From Parcubacteria group bacterium GW2011_GWA2_42_14 (GTDB lineage: Bacteria > Patescibacteriota > Minisyncoccia > Sungbacterales > GWA2-42-14), in NCBI GenBank assembly GCA_000998135.1, contig LCCV01000011.1, positions 4,132 through 68,131 of the forward strand: DNA of 64,000 bases, written 5' to 3'. Below the pieces are notes generated by a model. The model was not told where the DNA came from and ran no database searches. It saw only the letters and a list, made by a program, of their open reading frames with translations. Shown here one piece after another: positions 20,996 to 29,926 of the stretch. Made by a program: the position numbers and the translations under genes. How positions within the stretch are numbered: the stretch's first letter is position 1; the number at the start of each line of letters is the position of its first letter.

Positions 20996-21230
20996 ATTAT
21001 CGGATAAAGCGCTAAAGAACCTCAAGGAATTTCCGAAGCAGGATCGGCTACGTATTTATGAGGCTCTTGAGACAATGAAAGATGCCCCTTTTATCGGAGA
21101 TATAAAACCAATCCAGGGAGAAGAAAATCTTTGGCGGCGCAGAATTGGCGCTTATCGAATATACTTCCGGCCGTTCCACGAAAAAAGGGTCTTTGATATT
21201 CCCGGGATTGAACGCAAACGAAGCCATTGA
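20979..21230 (+). CDS. RelE/ParE family toxin
   Basis: ALKNLK, DIKPI.G, WRRRIGAYRIYF. Confidence 0.8.
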   Translation: MNWDYRLSDKALKNLKEFPKQDRLRIYEALETMKDAPFIGDIKPIQGEENLWRRRIGAYRIYFRPFHEKRVFDIPGIERKRSH

Positions 21231-21287
21231 AAATTGGCGTGAAATATTAAAACAAAAGGTTTGTATATAATTATTCTTCGAGCCCCG

Positions 21288-21399
21288 CCCCGTTAGAAAT
21301 TTAAATAAACGCAATTTTATTCCAAAAGATGTAAGGCGGGAGCCGCTTTGCTTCACATTGTTGTGTTGTGATTGGCGTATTGCCGGATTTCTAACGGGG
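21288..21399. mobile_element. CCCCGTTAGAAAT MITE-like element (inverted copy of 4835-4943)
   Basis: Same termini; shared internal AAGCGGCTCC(C)GCCTTAC..GGAATAAAATT. Confidence 0.75.
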
Positions 21400-21457
21400 C
21401 AAGTCGAGAAGTTTCTATAATGTAAAGTTCTCGACAAACCTGAATAATAAATAAATT

Positions 21458-21652
21458 ATGGGAGTTGAAGGAGAAAAAATAGGCCATCCTTATGAAGGTT
21501 TGGACGATGCAAGCTTAGCAGATGCTATTCGTCTCGAAGTTTATAGATACAGAAAAGAACATGGTGAATTCATGCCTTATCACAAACAAATGTTAGAAGA
21601 AGCTCGACGTCGGATTAAGCCTTTAATGGATGTTTTAGTTTCCGAATACTAG
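21458..21652 (+). CDS. Small hypothetical protein, array slot A1 (MGVE...)
   Basis: 64-aa ORF starting ATGGGAGTTGAA. Confidence 0.55.
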   Translation: MGVEGEKIGHPYEGLDDASLADAIRLEVYRYRKEHGEFMPYHKQMLEEARRRIKPLMDVLVSEY

Positions 21653-21731
21653 TTTTTTGGTCATTGAAACGACCGGGCATGGTTAAAATTTTTTGTGTTT
21701 TTTGAGAATAAATGGCAGAATAAGGGTGAAA

Positions 21732-22037
21732 ATGATTATTAATGCAAAAAAATCAAAGATGACTCTTGATAAACTTGTCAGCATGACACAGCGGGAATTT
21801 TCAGCTGTTCGGAAAGAAATGGCAACCAAAGATGATCTCAAACATTTTGCAACCAAAGACGACCTATACGACTTAAAAGAAGAAATTCGAGGCGATACGG
21901 CAAAGATTTTGCAGGGTGTTGATAAGATTGTTACACATTTTGATAAGGTGGAAAAAGACCACGCGGCTGATAAATTGCTGCATGATCGTCATGAAAAAGT
22001 GATTGAAACTTTAAAACAAAAAGTCGGCGTCAGATGA
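21732..22037 (+). CDS. Coiled-coil protein with ATKDDL repeats, paralog B1
   Basis: MTLDKL..MT..EF, MATKDDLKHFATKDDL. Confidence 0.7.
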   Translation: MIINAKKSKMTLDKLVSMTQREFSAVRKEMATKDDLKHFATKDDLYDLKEEIRGDTAKILQGVDKIVTHFDKVEKDHAADKLLHDRHEKVIETLKQKVGVR

Positions 22038-22060
22038 TTTTTAACTTGTAGTAAAAAAAC

Positions 22061-22308
22061 ATGGGAATTGAATCACCAAAAAATAAGGAAGCTATTTTTG
22101 AACTTCATAAAAAAATATATAGTGATTTGTTTTATGATTATCCAAAGATGGATTCAAGTCCTGACTTTCTAAGTTTACAAATTTTGTTATAACTGCTTAC
22201 AGTGCAGGGTTAAACAATGAGGATTTGAATAGAATTTTTACTGAAGTTTATAATGAAGAGTTGGCTGACCATCACGGCAGTGAACACGGCGGAGAAGGCG
22301 GATTTTAA
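22061..22308 (+). pseudogene. Array slot A2 (MGIE...), frameshifted near 22180
   Basis: Stop at 22190; protein-like continuation in another frame to 22308. Confidence 0.45.
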
Positions 22309-22423
22309 TAAATAGACCTGTTGCTTATTAAGATTTTAGCCGTTTTTTTAAAAAATTAGTGGCTTAAAATAAGGGTTTTTTGCATCAAATTTTCCCAAAA
22401 AATTATTTGCAAAAAAATCAAAG

Positions 22424-22771
22424 ATGACGCTTGATAAGTTGGCGCGAATGACGGCCAATGAGTTTTCGGTTGTTAAAAAAGATATGAATGATGGTTTTGC
22501 GACTATACGTCAGGAAATGGCCACCAAAGATGATCTCAAGCATTTTGCTACCAAAGACGATCTTAAACTTTTTGCCACTAAAGTAGACTTGAATGATTTG
22601 CGAGTTGAATTAAAAGACGATATTCAGAAAGGAACCGTAGAGGTTTTACGCGCTGTTGATAAAATCGTTACAAAATTTGATAAAGCAGAAAAAGACCACG
22701 CGGCGGATAAATTGCTTCACGACCGTCATGAAAAAGCCATAGAAATTTTAAAACAAAAGGTCGGTGTTTAA
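22424..22771 (+). CDS. Coiled-coil protein with ATKDDL repeats, paralog B2
   Basis: Three ATK(D/V)DL units; C-terminus nearly identical to B1. Confidence 0.7.
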   Translation: MTLDKLARMTANEFSVVKKDMNDGFATIRQEMATKDDLKHFATKDDLKLFATKVDLNDLRVELKDDIQKGTVEVLRAVDKIVTKFDKAEKDHAADKLLHDRHEKAIEILKQKVGV

Positions 22772-22785
22772 AAATTTTAAAAATT

Positions 22786-22845
22786 ATGGGAATTGAAAGA
22801 ATACCTACTCAAGAAAATATAAAGCAAAAACTACAGGCAAATTGA
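22786..22845 (+). pseudogene. Array slot A3 (MGIE...), truncated
   Basis: ATGGGAATTGAAAGA start, 19 codons. Confidence 0.35.
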
Positions 22846-22958
22846 TGTTCGACCTGGTAGCCGCTGATATAAATGAGTAAAATAATTAGTCATTGAATGG
22901 CCGGGCATGGCTGAAATTTTTGTGTTTTTTGAGAATAAATGGCAGAATAAGGGTGAAA

Positions 22959-23321
22959 ATGATTATTAATGCAAAAAAATCAAAAATAACCCTGAATAAG
23001 CTTGCGGGTATGACGGCGAGAGAATTTTCGACTGTCCGAAAAGATATGAATAAGGGTTTTGTTGAACTCCGTGGCGATATGCGGGAACTCCGTGGCGATA
23101 TGCAGAATGGCTTTTCAATGATGCGTAAGGATATTACAGGGGAGGTTCTGGATATCGTACGAGAAGGCAATATAAATATTGTCGCCAGCAACGAAAAAGT
23201 GGCGTCAAAACTTGATGAGTTCTTGAAAGATCGCGGAGCCCACGACGCGCTCCATAAACGGATTACCGATGAACTACATTATCACGACCAACGTGTCAAA
23301 AAATTAGAGGTAAAAGTTTAA
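22959..23321 (+). CDS. Coiled-coil protein, paralog B3
   Basis: TLNKLAGMTAREF; ELRGDM duplication; about 100-nt upstream region nearly identical to that of B1. Confidence 0.7.
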   Translation: MIINAKKSKITLNKLAGMTAREFSTVRKDMNKGFVELRGDMRELRGDMQNGFSMMRKDITGEVLDIVREGNINIVASNEKVASKLDEFLKDRGAHDALHKRITDELHYHDQRVKKLEVKV

Positions 23322-23363
23322 AAAAGGTCGGCCAATTTAAAAAATTAATAAATTTTCAAAATC

Positions 23364-23725
23364 ATGGGAATTGAAAGAGGGCAAAAAAGAGAAAAGATGC
23401 CAGGGAGAGAAAAATTATCTTTAACAGCAGAAGAGAAAAATTAGCTATAAAAATTGCCGACCATACCGAATTTACAGAAGAATGCGCAAGAGATTTTTTG
23501 TTGTTTGATAAATTAAATAAAGAGGAAAAAGACTTTAACAAATTGAAATTTTTATATCCAAAGCTTTTTCGTCGACTTCACTATACGTATGGATATCGTA
23601 CCGCTGATGATGTCTAGTGGTGGGTAAATGATGTAAGAGCTCATGTCGAGGATGTTAAGAATTTAGAAGCGGACGTGGAAGCCGGAGAAGGATACGAGAA
23701 TGAGGACGATGAATTTGAAGAATGA
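23364..23725 (+). pseudogene. Array slot A4 (MGIE...), frameshift plus internal stop
   Basis: Stop after 26 codons; acidic continuation in another frame with an internal TAG. Confidence 0.45.
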
Positions 23726-23990
23726 TGATTTAAATTGACTGATTTTAAATTAGCCGTTGAATTCTGAGTATTCTCAAAGAGTGCTTGGAATTGAGTGACT
23801 AATAATCATTCTTGCCCGACTGAAAGGTTTAGGGCGCCCCGTTGTCGCCGCTTGACTTCGTCAAGCGGAAGGGGGTATAGTTGCATATGGTAATCAAACT
23901 AATTTTATTTGATATCTGAAGTTTAGAGGAATTAAACTCCGCATTTTTTGATTGCGCCGGGGTTGTTCCCGGTATTTTGTTTGAGAAATA

Positions 23991-24074
23991 GATGCGAATC
24001 TACAAATATGCGAATTTTAAAAATTATTAGCATATTCGTAGATTTGCATTCATTCGTATGCCGTATTAGCATCC
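23991..24074. repeat. Family-D-related hairpin before rplC
   Basis: GATGCGAATCTAC...GTAGATTTGCAT...TTAGCATC. Confidence 0.6.
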
Positions 24075-24081
24075 AAAAAAC

Positions 24082-24711
24082 ATGAAGTATATATTAGGCG
24101 AAAAAATAGGTATGTCGCAGGTGTTTGACTCTGAAGGCAAGGTTATTCCGGTAACCGTTGTTTCTGCTGACCCGAATGTGGTGTTGCAAGTTAGGACCAA
24201 AGAAAAAGATAGTTATGAGGCTGTACAAGTCGGATTTGGAATAAGAAAGGACAAGAATATAAAAAAGCCGCAAAAAGGCCATTTCAAGGATTTGGGGAAC
24301 TTCCGATACATAAAAGAGTTTAGAACGCCGCAAGTTTCAGAATCCAAGTTACAAGTTTCAAGAGGCGACAAATTTGACGTTTCTGTTTTTAAAGAAGGCG
24401 ACATGGTGAAAGTTTCGGGGATTTCCAAATCAAAAGGATTTCAGGGAGTTATGAAACGGCATGGCTTTCACGGCGCTCCGGCAACCCACGGAACGAAGCA
24501 CGCTCATAGAGAACCGGGGTCAATCGGCGGAGGAGGAGGAAGGGCCGGCGGGCGTGTGGTGAAAGGAATGAAGATGGCGGGAAGAATGGGTGGAGAAAGA
24601 GTAACGGTGAAAAATTTGAAGATTGTAAAAGTTGATGCGGAAAATAGTTTGTTGGCGATAAGCGGGGCGGTGCCGGGGAGAAAGGGGACATTACTTGAGA
24701 TTAGGGGGTAG
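24082..24711 (+). CDS. rplC: 50S ribosomal protein L3
   Basis: KIGMSQ, SKSKGFQGVMKR, KMAGRMG, GAVPG. Confidence 0.97.
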   Translation: MKYILGEKIGMSQVFDSEGKVIPVTVVSADPNVVLQVRTKEKDSYEAVQVGFGIRKDKNIKKPQKGHFKDLGNFRYIKEFRTPQVSESKLQVSRGDKFDVSVFKEGDMVKVSGISKSKGFQGVMKRHGFHGAPATHGTKHAHREPGSIGGGGGRAGGRVVKGMKMAGRMGGERVTVKNLKIVKVDAENSLLAISGAVPGRKGTLLEIRG

Positions 24712-24720
24712 TTTTTCCGT

Positions 24721-25086
24721 CGTCATTGCGAGCCGTAGCTACGGCGAAGCAATCTGAATCAAATTCATGAAACAAGGTTTTGTATATATTATGACCAATC
24801 CGAGGAGTACCGTTCTTTATACTGGTATTACGAGTAATCTTATTAGGCGGATATATGAACATAAAAATAAACTCATTGAAGGATTCACGAAGAAGTACAA
24901 CGCCACAAAATTGGTTTATTACGAGATATATGATTCAATTGAGGTTGCCATACAGCGCGAGAAGCAAATCAAGGATGGTTCACGAAAGAAAAAATTTTTC
25001 TTGATTGACTCTTTGAATTCGGAGTGGAAGGATTTGGCAGATGAGTTGTGAGATTGCTTCGGGCCTGCGGGGCCCTCGCAATGACG
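24721..25086 (+). mobile_element. GIY-YIG gene flanked by CGTCATTGCGAG...GAAGCAATCT / AGATTGCTTCG...CTCGCAATGACG inverted repeats
   Basis: Arms at 24721-24755 and 25051-25086 tightly enclose the ORF. Confidence 0.75.
24767..25051 (+). CDS. GIY-YIG nuclease (UPF0213-like)
   Basis: FVYIM, LYTGIT, RR..EH, FT.KY, AI.REKQIK. Confidence 0.9.
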   Translation: MKQGFVYIMTNPRSTVLYTGITSNLIRRIYEHKNKLIEGFTKKYNATKLVYYEIYDSIEVAIQREKQIKDGSRKKKFFLIDSLNSEWKDLADEL

Positions 25087-25147
25087 GCTCTTATTCACGG
25101 GAAAAAGAAAAAAGCGACCGCAAGGGTCGCTAAGGATAGGAATATGG

Positions 25148-25405
25148 TTAATTATCTCTGAAACGCAATTCCGAAATTCGTTTCCATGGAATCACAATTT
25201 TCATATCGGAATGGGTTTCAGCTCCTGGTGGATTGGCGCGTTCTTGGTAGCAGGTAACATCGGCATTATTCAATTCTATGCCACCTATACAGTTGATTGT
25301 TCCGCCATCGGTTAGTTTAATTTCCGTGGCTCTGCGTTCTGTATGGCAAGCAGTTAGTCCGATAGCGATGATAAAAAGTATGGCCAATCCTGAAATTTTA
25401 GCCAT
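25148..25405 (-). CDS. Putative lipoprotein
   Basis: MAK + hydrophobic stretch + LTAC lipobox. Confidence 0.55.
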   Translation of the reverse strand: MAKISGLAILFIIAIGLTACHTERRATEIKLTDGGTINCIGGIELNNADVTCYQERANPPGAETHSDMKIVIPWKRISELRFRDN

Positions 25406-25460
25406 TTTTTGCCCCAAATAATGTTTTTTATGAACTATTGATTATGTATCATATAATTTT

Positions 25461-26099
25461 ATGAAAGTCAAATTATACAATCAAGTTGCAGAGGAAGTGG
25501 GGAAGGCAGAGTTGCCTGATGCGGTTTTTGGTTTGAAATGGAATGCCGACTTGGTTCATCAGGTGGTGACAAGCCAAGAAGCTAATCGCAGGCCTACTGT
25601 TGCCCATGCGAAAGGGCGGAGTGAGGTGCGGGGAGGAGGTAGAAAGCCGTGGAGGCAGAAAGGAACCGGAAGAGCGAGGCACGGCTCAATCCGTTCCCCG
25701 ATTTGGAAAGGCGGAGGCGTGACGCACGGGCCGTTGAAAGAAAAGAGCTATAAAAAATCTATAAATAAAAAAATGGCAAAGAAGGCATTGTATACGGTTT
25801 TGTCGGCCAAAGCGCGTGATGGCGAGATTGTCGTTTTGGATACGTTAAAATTCGAAGAGCCGAAAACCAAACTGGCCGCAAAAGTTTTTAAAAATTTAGA
25901 AGCGGTAAAATCGGACTTAACTAAAAAAGAAAATCGGGTTTTGGTTTTACTTCCTAAAATGGAGAATGCAATAAAGCGGGCAATAAGAAACTTGCCTTAC
26001 ACAGCGTTAGATGAGGCGAGAAATTTGAACGCGTTGCAGGCGATGAAACATAAGTATATTTTGTTTACAAAGGAATCATTAAATGTTTTTAAGTCTTAG
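25461..26099 (+). CDS. rplD: 50S ribosomal protein L4
   Basis: GGGRKPWRQKGTGRARHGS. Confidence 0.97.
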   Translation: MKVKLYNQVAEEVGKAELPDAVFGLKWNADLVHQVVTSQEANRRPTVAHAKGRSEVRGGGRKPWRQKGTGRARHGSIRSPIWKGGGVTHGPLKEKSYKKSINKKMAKKALYTVLSAKARDGEIVVLDTLKFEEPKTKLAAKVFKNLEAVKSDLTKKENRVLVLLPKMENAIKRAIRNLPYTALDEARNLNALQAMKHKYILFTKESLNVFKS

Positions 26100-26103
26100 G
26101 TAT

Positions 26104-26177
26104 TAGAAGCAGAACTACGCTGATGAGTACGCCGAACTACGCTGAAATCAGCGTCAATCAGCGTCAATCGGCTTCTA
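26104..26177. repeat. ACGC(G/A/T)GA-unit junction hairpin (TAGAAGC...GCTTCTA), rplD-rplW
   Basis: Near copy at 30593; units match the arms of the lepA GxxExxY element. Confidence 0.75.
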
Positions 26178-26181
26178 TGGT

Positions 26182-26628
26182 ATGAAATTATTTAATAAAA
26201 TTTTTCCGCCGAAGGCGGATCCGTCTCGGGCGGAAAAACGCAATGAAGGAAAAAAGGAAGATATTAGTGAAAAGGCGGTAAAACAAGATAACGATTCGAG
26301 AAACATTCGAGATAATTCAGGGGGGATTCGAGAAAAGAATGAAAAAGGCGATTATAGGCCTGGAGTTTTGCTTGCCCCGCACGTTACGGAAAAAACAACA
26401 AGCGGTAATACTTTGAATAAATATGTTTTTAGGGTTGCCAACACCGCCAATAAACCGGAAATTAAAAAAGCGGTTGAGGGCAAATACGGAGTTGCTGTTT
26501 CGAGTGTTAATATATTGAATACTAAGCCGAAAGCGGTTAGACTGGGCAGAATTGAAGGTGTGAGGCCGGGATATAAGAAGGCGATAGTGACATTGGTTGA
26601 GGGGGATAAGATAGAGATTGGGGTATAA
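26182..26628 (+). CDS. rplW: 50S ribosomal protein L23 with repeat-derived N-terminal extension
   Basis: PHVTEK, NKPEIKKAVE, YKKAIVTL. Confidence 0.93.
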   Translation: MKLFNKIFPPKADPSRAEKRNEGKKEDISEKAVKQDNDSRNIRDNSGGIREKNEKGDYRPGVLLAPHVTEKTTSGNTLNKYVFRVANTANKPEIKKAVEGKYGVAVSSVNILNTKPKAVRLGRIEGVRPGYKKAIVTLVEGDKIEIGV

Positions 26629-26792
26629 ATGTGATGCTAATCAGGTGCGAATTTAATGCTAATCTACAAATTGCGAATATTTATTCTTAAAGTGAAATCG
26701 AGAAGTTACCATAATGTAAAATTCTCGACAGGTTCGAATAGTATTCGCAATTCGCCAGATTCGCATTTCATTTGTAGATTGGCATCATTGCT
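26629..26792. repeat. Junction hairpin family D with nested TCGAGAA...TTCTCGACA insert, rplW-rplB
   Basis: Compare the empty copy at 9980-10090. Confidence 0.75.
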
Positions 26793-27617
26793 ATGAAGAA
26801 GTATAATCCAACATCACCGGGAAGAAGAGCGGCCGAAGTTATTGATTGGCGGAAATTTTTAACAAAAAAAGAGCCGGAAAAGCGTCTTGTTTTTGGTTTT
26901 CATAGGGCGCAGGGAAGAAATAATTACGGCCGTATCACTACCCGTCATAAAGGAGGGCGGGTTAAAGCTTTATACAGAGCAGTTGATTTTATGTATGATA
27001 AAAAAGATACTCCCGCCGTTGTGGAATCGTTGGAATACGACCCAAATCGTTCAGGGTTTATTGCTTTGGTAAAATACCGGGATGGCGAAAGAAGATATAT
27101 GCTTGCTCCGCAAAATTTGGCGGTCGGCGCCAAAGTTATTGTTTCTGAAAAAGCGCCGATTGAATTAGGGTCAAGAACTGTTCTTAGAAATATTCCGGTA
27201 GGAACTTTTGTTTATAATGTAGAATTGTATCCGGGCCGCGGAGCGGTTTTAGTTCGTTCCGCCGGCATCGGGGCCCAGGTTTTGGCAACCGAAGACAATA
27301 CTGCTACGCTTAAACTTCCATCCGGAGAAATAAGGGTGGTTTCGTCTTCAAGCTGGGCGTCAATCGGCATGGTTTCCAATCCGGAGCATTCTTTTATGAC
27401 CATCGGCAAAGCGGGAAGAAACAGGCGTTTGGGAATTCGTCCGACAGTCCGCGGTACGGTAATGAATCCGAGGGATCACGCCCACGGCGGAGGCGAGGGA
27501 AAAACACAACTTGGTTTGAGGCGCCCTAAAACACCGTGGGGGAAAACGGCGAGAGGTGTTAAAACCCGCAAGAAAAACAGGAAATCAAATAAATTTATTT
27601 TACAAAGAAGAAAATAA
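26793..27617 (+). CDS. rplB: 50S ribosomal protein L2
   Basis: EYDPNRS, RPTVRG, DHAHGGGEG. Confidence 0.98.
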   Translation: MKKYNPTSPGRRAAEVIDWRKFLTKKEPEKRLVFGFHRAQGRNNYGRITTRHKGGRVKALYRAVDFMYDKKDTPAVVESLEYDPNRSGFIALVKYRDGERRYMLAPQNLAVGAKVIVSEKAPIELGSRTVLRNIPVGTFVYNVELYPGRGAVLVRSAGIGAQVLATEDNTATLKLPSGEIRVVSSSSWASIGMVSNPEHSFMTIGKAGRNRRLGIRPTVRGTVMNPRDHAHGGGEGKTQLGLRRPKTPWGKTARGVKTRKKNRKSNKFILQRRK

Positions 27618-27690
27618 CGACAAGCGACAAGAGACATGAGACAAGGATTTAATTTCCATGTCGCATGTCACATGTAGCATGTCACATGTA
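27618..27690. repeat. Junction hairpin family A, rplB-rpsS
   Basis: GACAAG/GACATG left arm, CATGTCA right arm. Confidence 0.85.
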
Positions 27691-28029
27691 GTGCCGCGCT
27701 CATTAAAGAAAGGCCCATACATCCATCCCTCTATCCTAAAAAAGTTAGGACGGCTTAGGGTTGGGGATTTAACGGTTATTAAAACCTGGGCGCGTAATTC
27801 AACTATAATTCCCGAAATGGTGGGATTCACTTTTGGGGTGCATAACGGAAGAATTTTTGTAAATGTCAATGTAAAAGAAGAAATGGTCGGTCATAAATTG
27901 GGCGAATTTTCCCCAACGCGTAAATTTTTGAGGCATGGCGGTAAGATGCAAAGAGAGTTGGAGCAAAAAGCCGAAGAAACGGAAAAGGGAAAAACAGCGG
28001 CCGCGGCAACACCCAAAGCTGGTAAATAG
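27691..28029 (+). CDS. rpsS: 30S ribosomal protein S19 (GTG start)
   Basis: [21 protein letters not shown]. Confidence 0.96.
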   Translation: MPRSLKKGPYIHPSILKKLGRLRVGDLTVIKTWARNSTIIPEMVGFTFGVHNGRIFVNVNVKEEMVGHKLGEFSPTRKFLRHGGKMQRELEQKAEETEKGKTAAAATPKAGK

Positions 28030-28100
28030 CGACATGGGACAAGAGACATGGGACAAGGAACGTAAAACTTGTTACATGTTGCATGTCACATGTCACATGA
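28030..28100. repeat. Junction hairpin family A, rpsS-rplV
   Basis: Ends ATGTCACATGTCACATGA directly before the ATG. Confidence 0.85.
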
Positions 28101-28634
28101 ATGGAGGTCAAAGCACAACTAAAACATCTGCGTATGTCTCCCCGTAAAGTGAGATTAGTTGCCAATTTGCTTAAGGGCACTGGTGTTATCAGGGCTGAGA
28201 ATCAGCTGAAATTTTTGCCAAAGCGTGCCACCAGCCCCCTTCTTAAGCTTTTGAAATCCGCTGTGGCCAATGCTGAGAATAACCATAATTTAAAGAAAAG
28301 CAATTTATATGTTTCAAGAATTGCTGTTGACGGAGGACCCGTGCTTAAACGTATGCGCCCTAGGGCGTTCGGCAGGGCAGCTCAAATATTGAAAAGAACA
28401 AGCCATGTTAATTTGATACTTGGGGTAAGGGAAGGACAAGCTGAAGAATCTGTTCCGTTATACGCGCCCTTGAAGAGAGAAACAGTTAAAGAAGTTTCGG
28501 AAGAAGAATTGAAAAAAATAAAGGATAAGCAAATTTCCGAAAAGCCAAAGATAAAAAAATATGGGGAAAAACCCAAGTTAATGAAAAAATCAACGGATTT
28601 CGTAAGAAGAATGTTTAGACGCAAAGCCATTTAG
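28101..28634 (+). CDS. rplV: 50S ribosomal protein L22 with C-terminal extension
   Basis: SPRKVRLV, SAVANA, RPRAFGRA. Confidence 0.96.
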   Translation: MEVKAQLKHLRMSPRKVRLVANLLKGTGVIRAENQLKFLPKRATSPLLKLLKSAVANAENNHNLKKSNLYVSRIAVDGGPVLKRMRPRAFGRAAQILKRTSHVNLILGVREGQAEESVPLYAPLKRETVKEVSEEELKKIKDKQISEKPKIKKYGEKPKLMKKSTDFVRRMFRRKAI

Positions 28635-28803
28635 CGACATGGGACAAGAGACATGAGACAAGGAAAGTAGAGACAAGGGACAAGTGACATAAAACATGGT
28701 TTTTATTAACAGCTTTACGGATAATCCGTATTAGCGGTAATCCATGTCGCATGTTGCATGTTATCAAAAACTTGTCACATGTTATATGTTACATGTCACA
28801 GTC
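28635..28803. repeat. Junction hairpin family A (long), rplV-rpsC
   Basis: Extended heptamer arms with a central insert. Confidence 0.8.
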
Positions 28804-29484
28804 GTGACGCACAAAGTACATCCATATATTTTCAGATTGGGGCAAACCACGAATTGGAAATCGCGGTGGTTTAGTTTAAAAAATTATCAGGAATTTTTGC
28901 GTGAAGATATCTTGCTTAAAGAGTGGCTCGCCAAAAAATTGAAGACCTCGCACGTGTCTGATATTGAAATTGAAAGGTCTGTTAATATTTTAAACATTAT
29001 CATTAAAACTGCCCGCCCGGGAATTTTAATAGGCAGAGGCGGGGAAGGGAGCCAAAAATTAAAAAAAGAAATTGAAAAAAAGTTAATTGATATATGGAAA
29101 AGAATTCCGGTTTTAAAAAAGCGTCCCTTGCCTAAACGTGAAATAAAGCTGACCATTGAGGATATAAAATCCCCAAATACCAATGCCGCGGTTGTGGCGC
29201 AAAGTATTGCCGATGATTTGGAGAAGCGTATTCCTTTCCGTAGAGCCATGAAGCAGGTGTTGGAGAGAGTATCTTCCCAAAAAGAAGTTAAGGGCGTTAA
29301 AATTTCCATTTCCGGAAGGCTTGATGGGTCGGAAATGGCCCGTTACGAATGGCTGAAATCCGGCAGGATTCCGTTGCAGACTATTAGAGCCGATGTTGAT
29401 TTTGGTCAAAGAGAAGCCCTGACTAAATACGGGATTATAGGGGTTAAGGTGTGGATATACAAAGGCGATATTTTTGAAAAATAA
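28804..29484 (+). CDS. rpsC: 30S ribosomal protein S3 (GTG start)
   Basis: HKVHP..FRLG, RPGILIG, GRLDG, GVKVWI. Confidence 0.97.
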   Translation: MTHKVHPYIFRLGQTTNWKSRWFSLKNYQEFLREDILLKEWLAKKLKTSHVSDIEIERSVNILNIIIKTARPGILIGRGGEGSQKLKKEIEKKLIDIWKRIPVLKKRPLPKREIKLTIEDIKSPNTNAAVVAQSIADDLEKRIPFRRAMKQVLERVSSQKEVKGVKISISGRLDGSEMARYEWLKSGRIPLQTIRADVDFGQREALTKYGIIGVKVWIYKGDIFEK

Positions 29485-29565
29485 AAATCTGAAGCACATT
29501 GAAAGCAAAACACTTTGTTTTCAACGCCTAAATTTTAAACAAATTATAATTTTTTAAGTTCCAAA

Positions 29566-29826
29566 ATGAAAATAATAGAAAAGAAAACTTGGCCGGAATT
29601 TTTTAGGAAAGTTAAGGATGGAAAGAAAAATGTTGAGATTCGGCTGGCCGATTTTAAAATCAAGAAAGATGATATCTTGGTACTTCGCGAATGGAACCCT
29701 AAAAAGAGAAGCTATACTGGTTGGATTGTTAAGAGAAGGGTTGGGGCGGTTCACAAAGTTAATATGTTTAAATTTCATTCATTGTCAGAATTGAAAAAAT
29801 ATGGTTTGTATGCAATTGAATTTTAG
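29566..29826 (+). CDS. ASCH/DUF3850-like protein
   Basis: KTWPEFF..V..GKK..EIR..D....DD.L.LREW. Confidence 0.75.
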   Translation: MKIIEKKTWPEFFRKVKDGKKNVEIRLADFKIKKDDILVLREWNPKKRSYTGWIVKRRVGAVHKVNMFKFHSLSELKKYGLYAIEF

Positions 29827-29926
29827 GGCGACTCCAATACGCGAATGATATTCGAATGACTCTAATACGTGATTATTTATTCGAGTCATTCGAGTGAATT
29901 AGAGTAGTATTAGGGTCGCATGAAAA
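29827..29926. repeat. Junction hairpin family C before rplP
   Basis: GCGACTC...GGGTCGC. Confidence 0.8.

Noticed and set aside
22270-22308. HGGEGGF tail of slot A2 as a Pup/UBact modifier for the PafA-like ligase
   Set aside because: GGE is not C-terminal, the ORF is frameshifted, and it lies 10 kb from pafA.
21660-23321. Diversity-generating retroelement (TR/VR pair) among the B paralogs or the R-M 3' duplicate
   Set aside because: Differences are not adenine-specific and no reverse transcriptase is present in the window.
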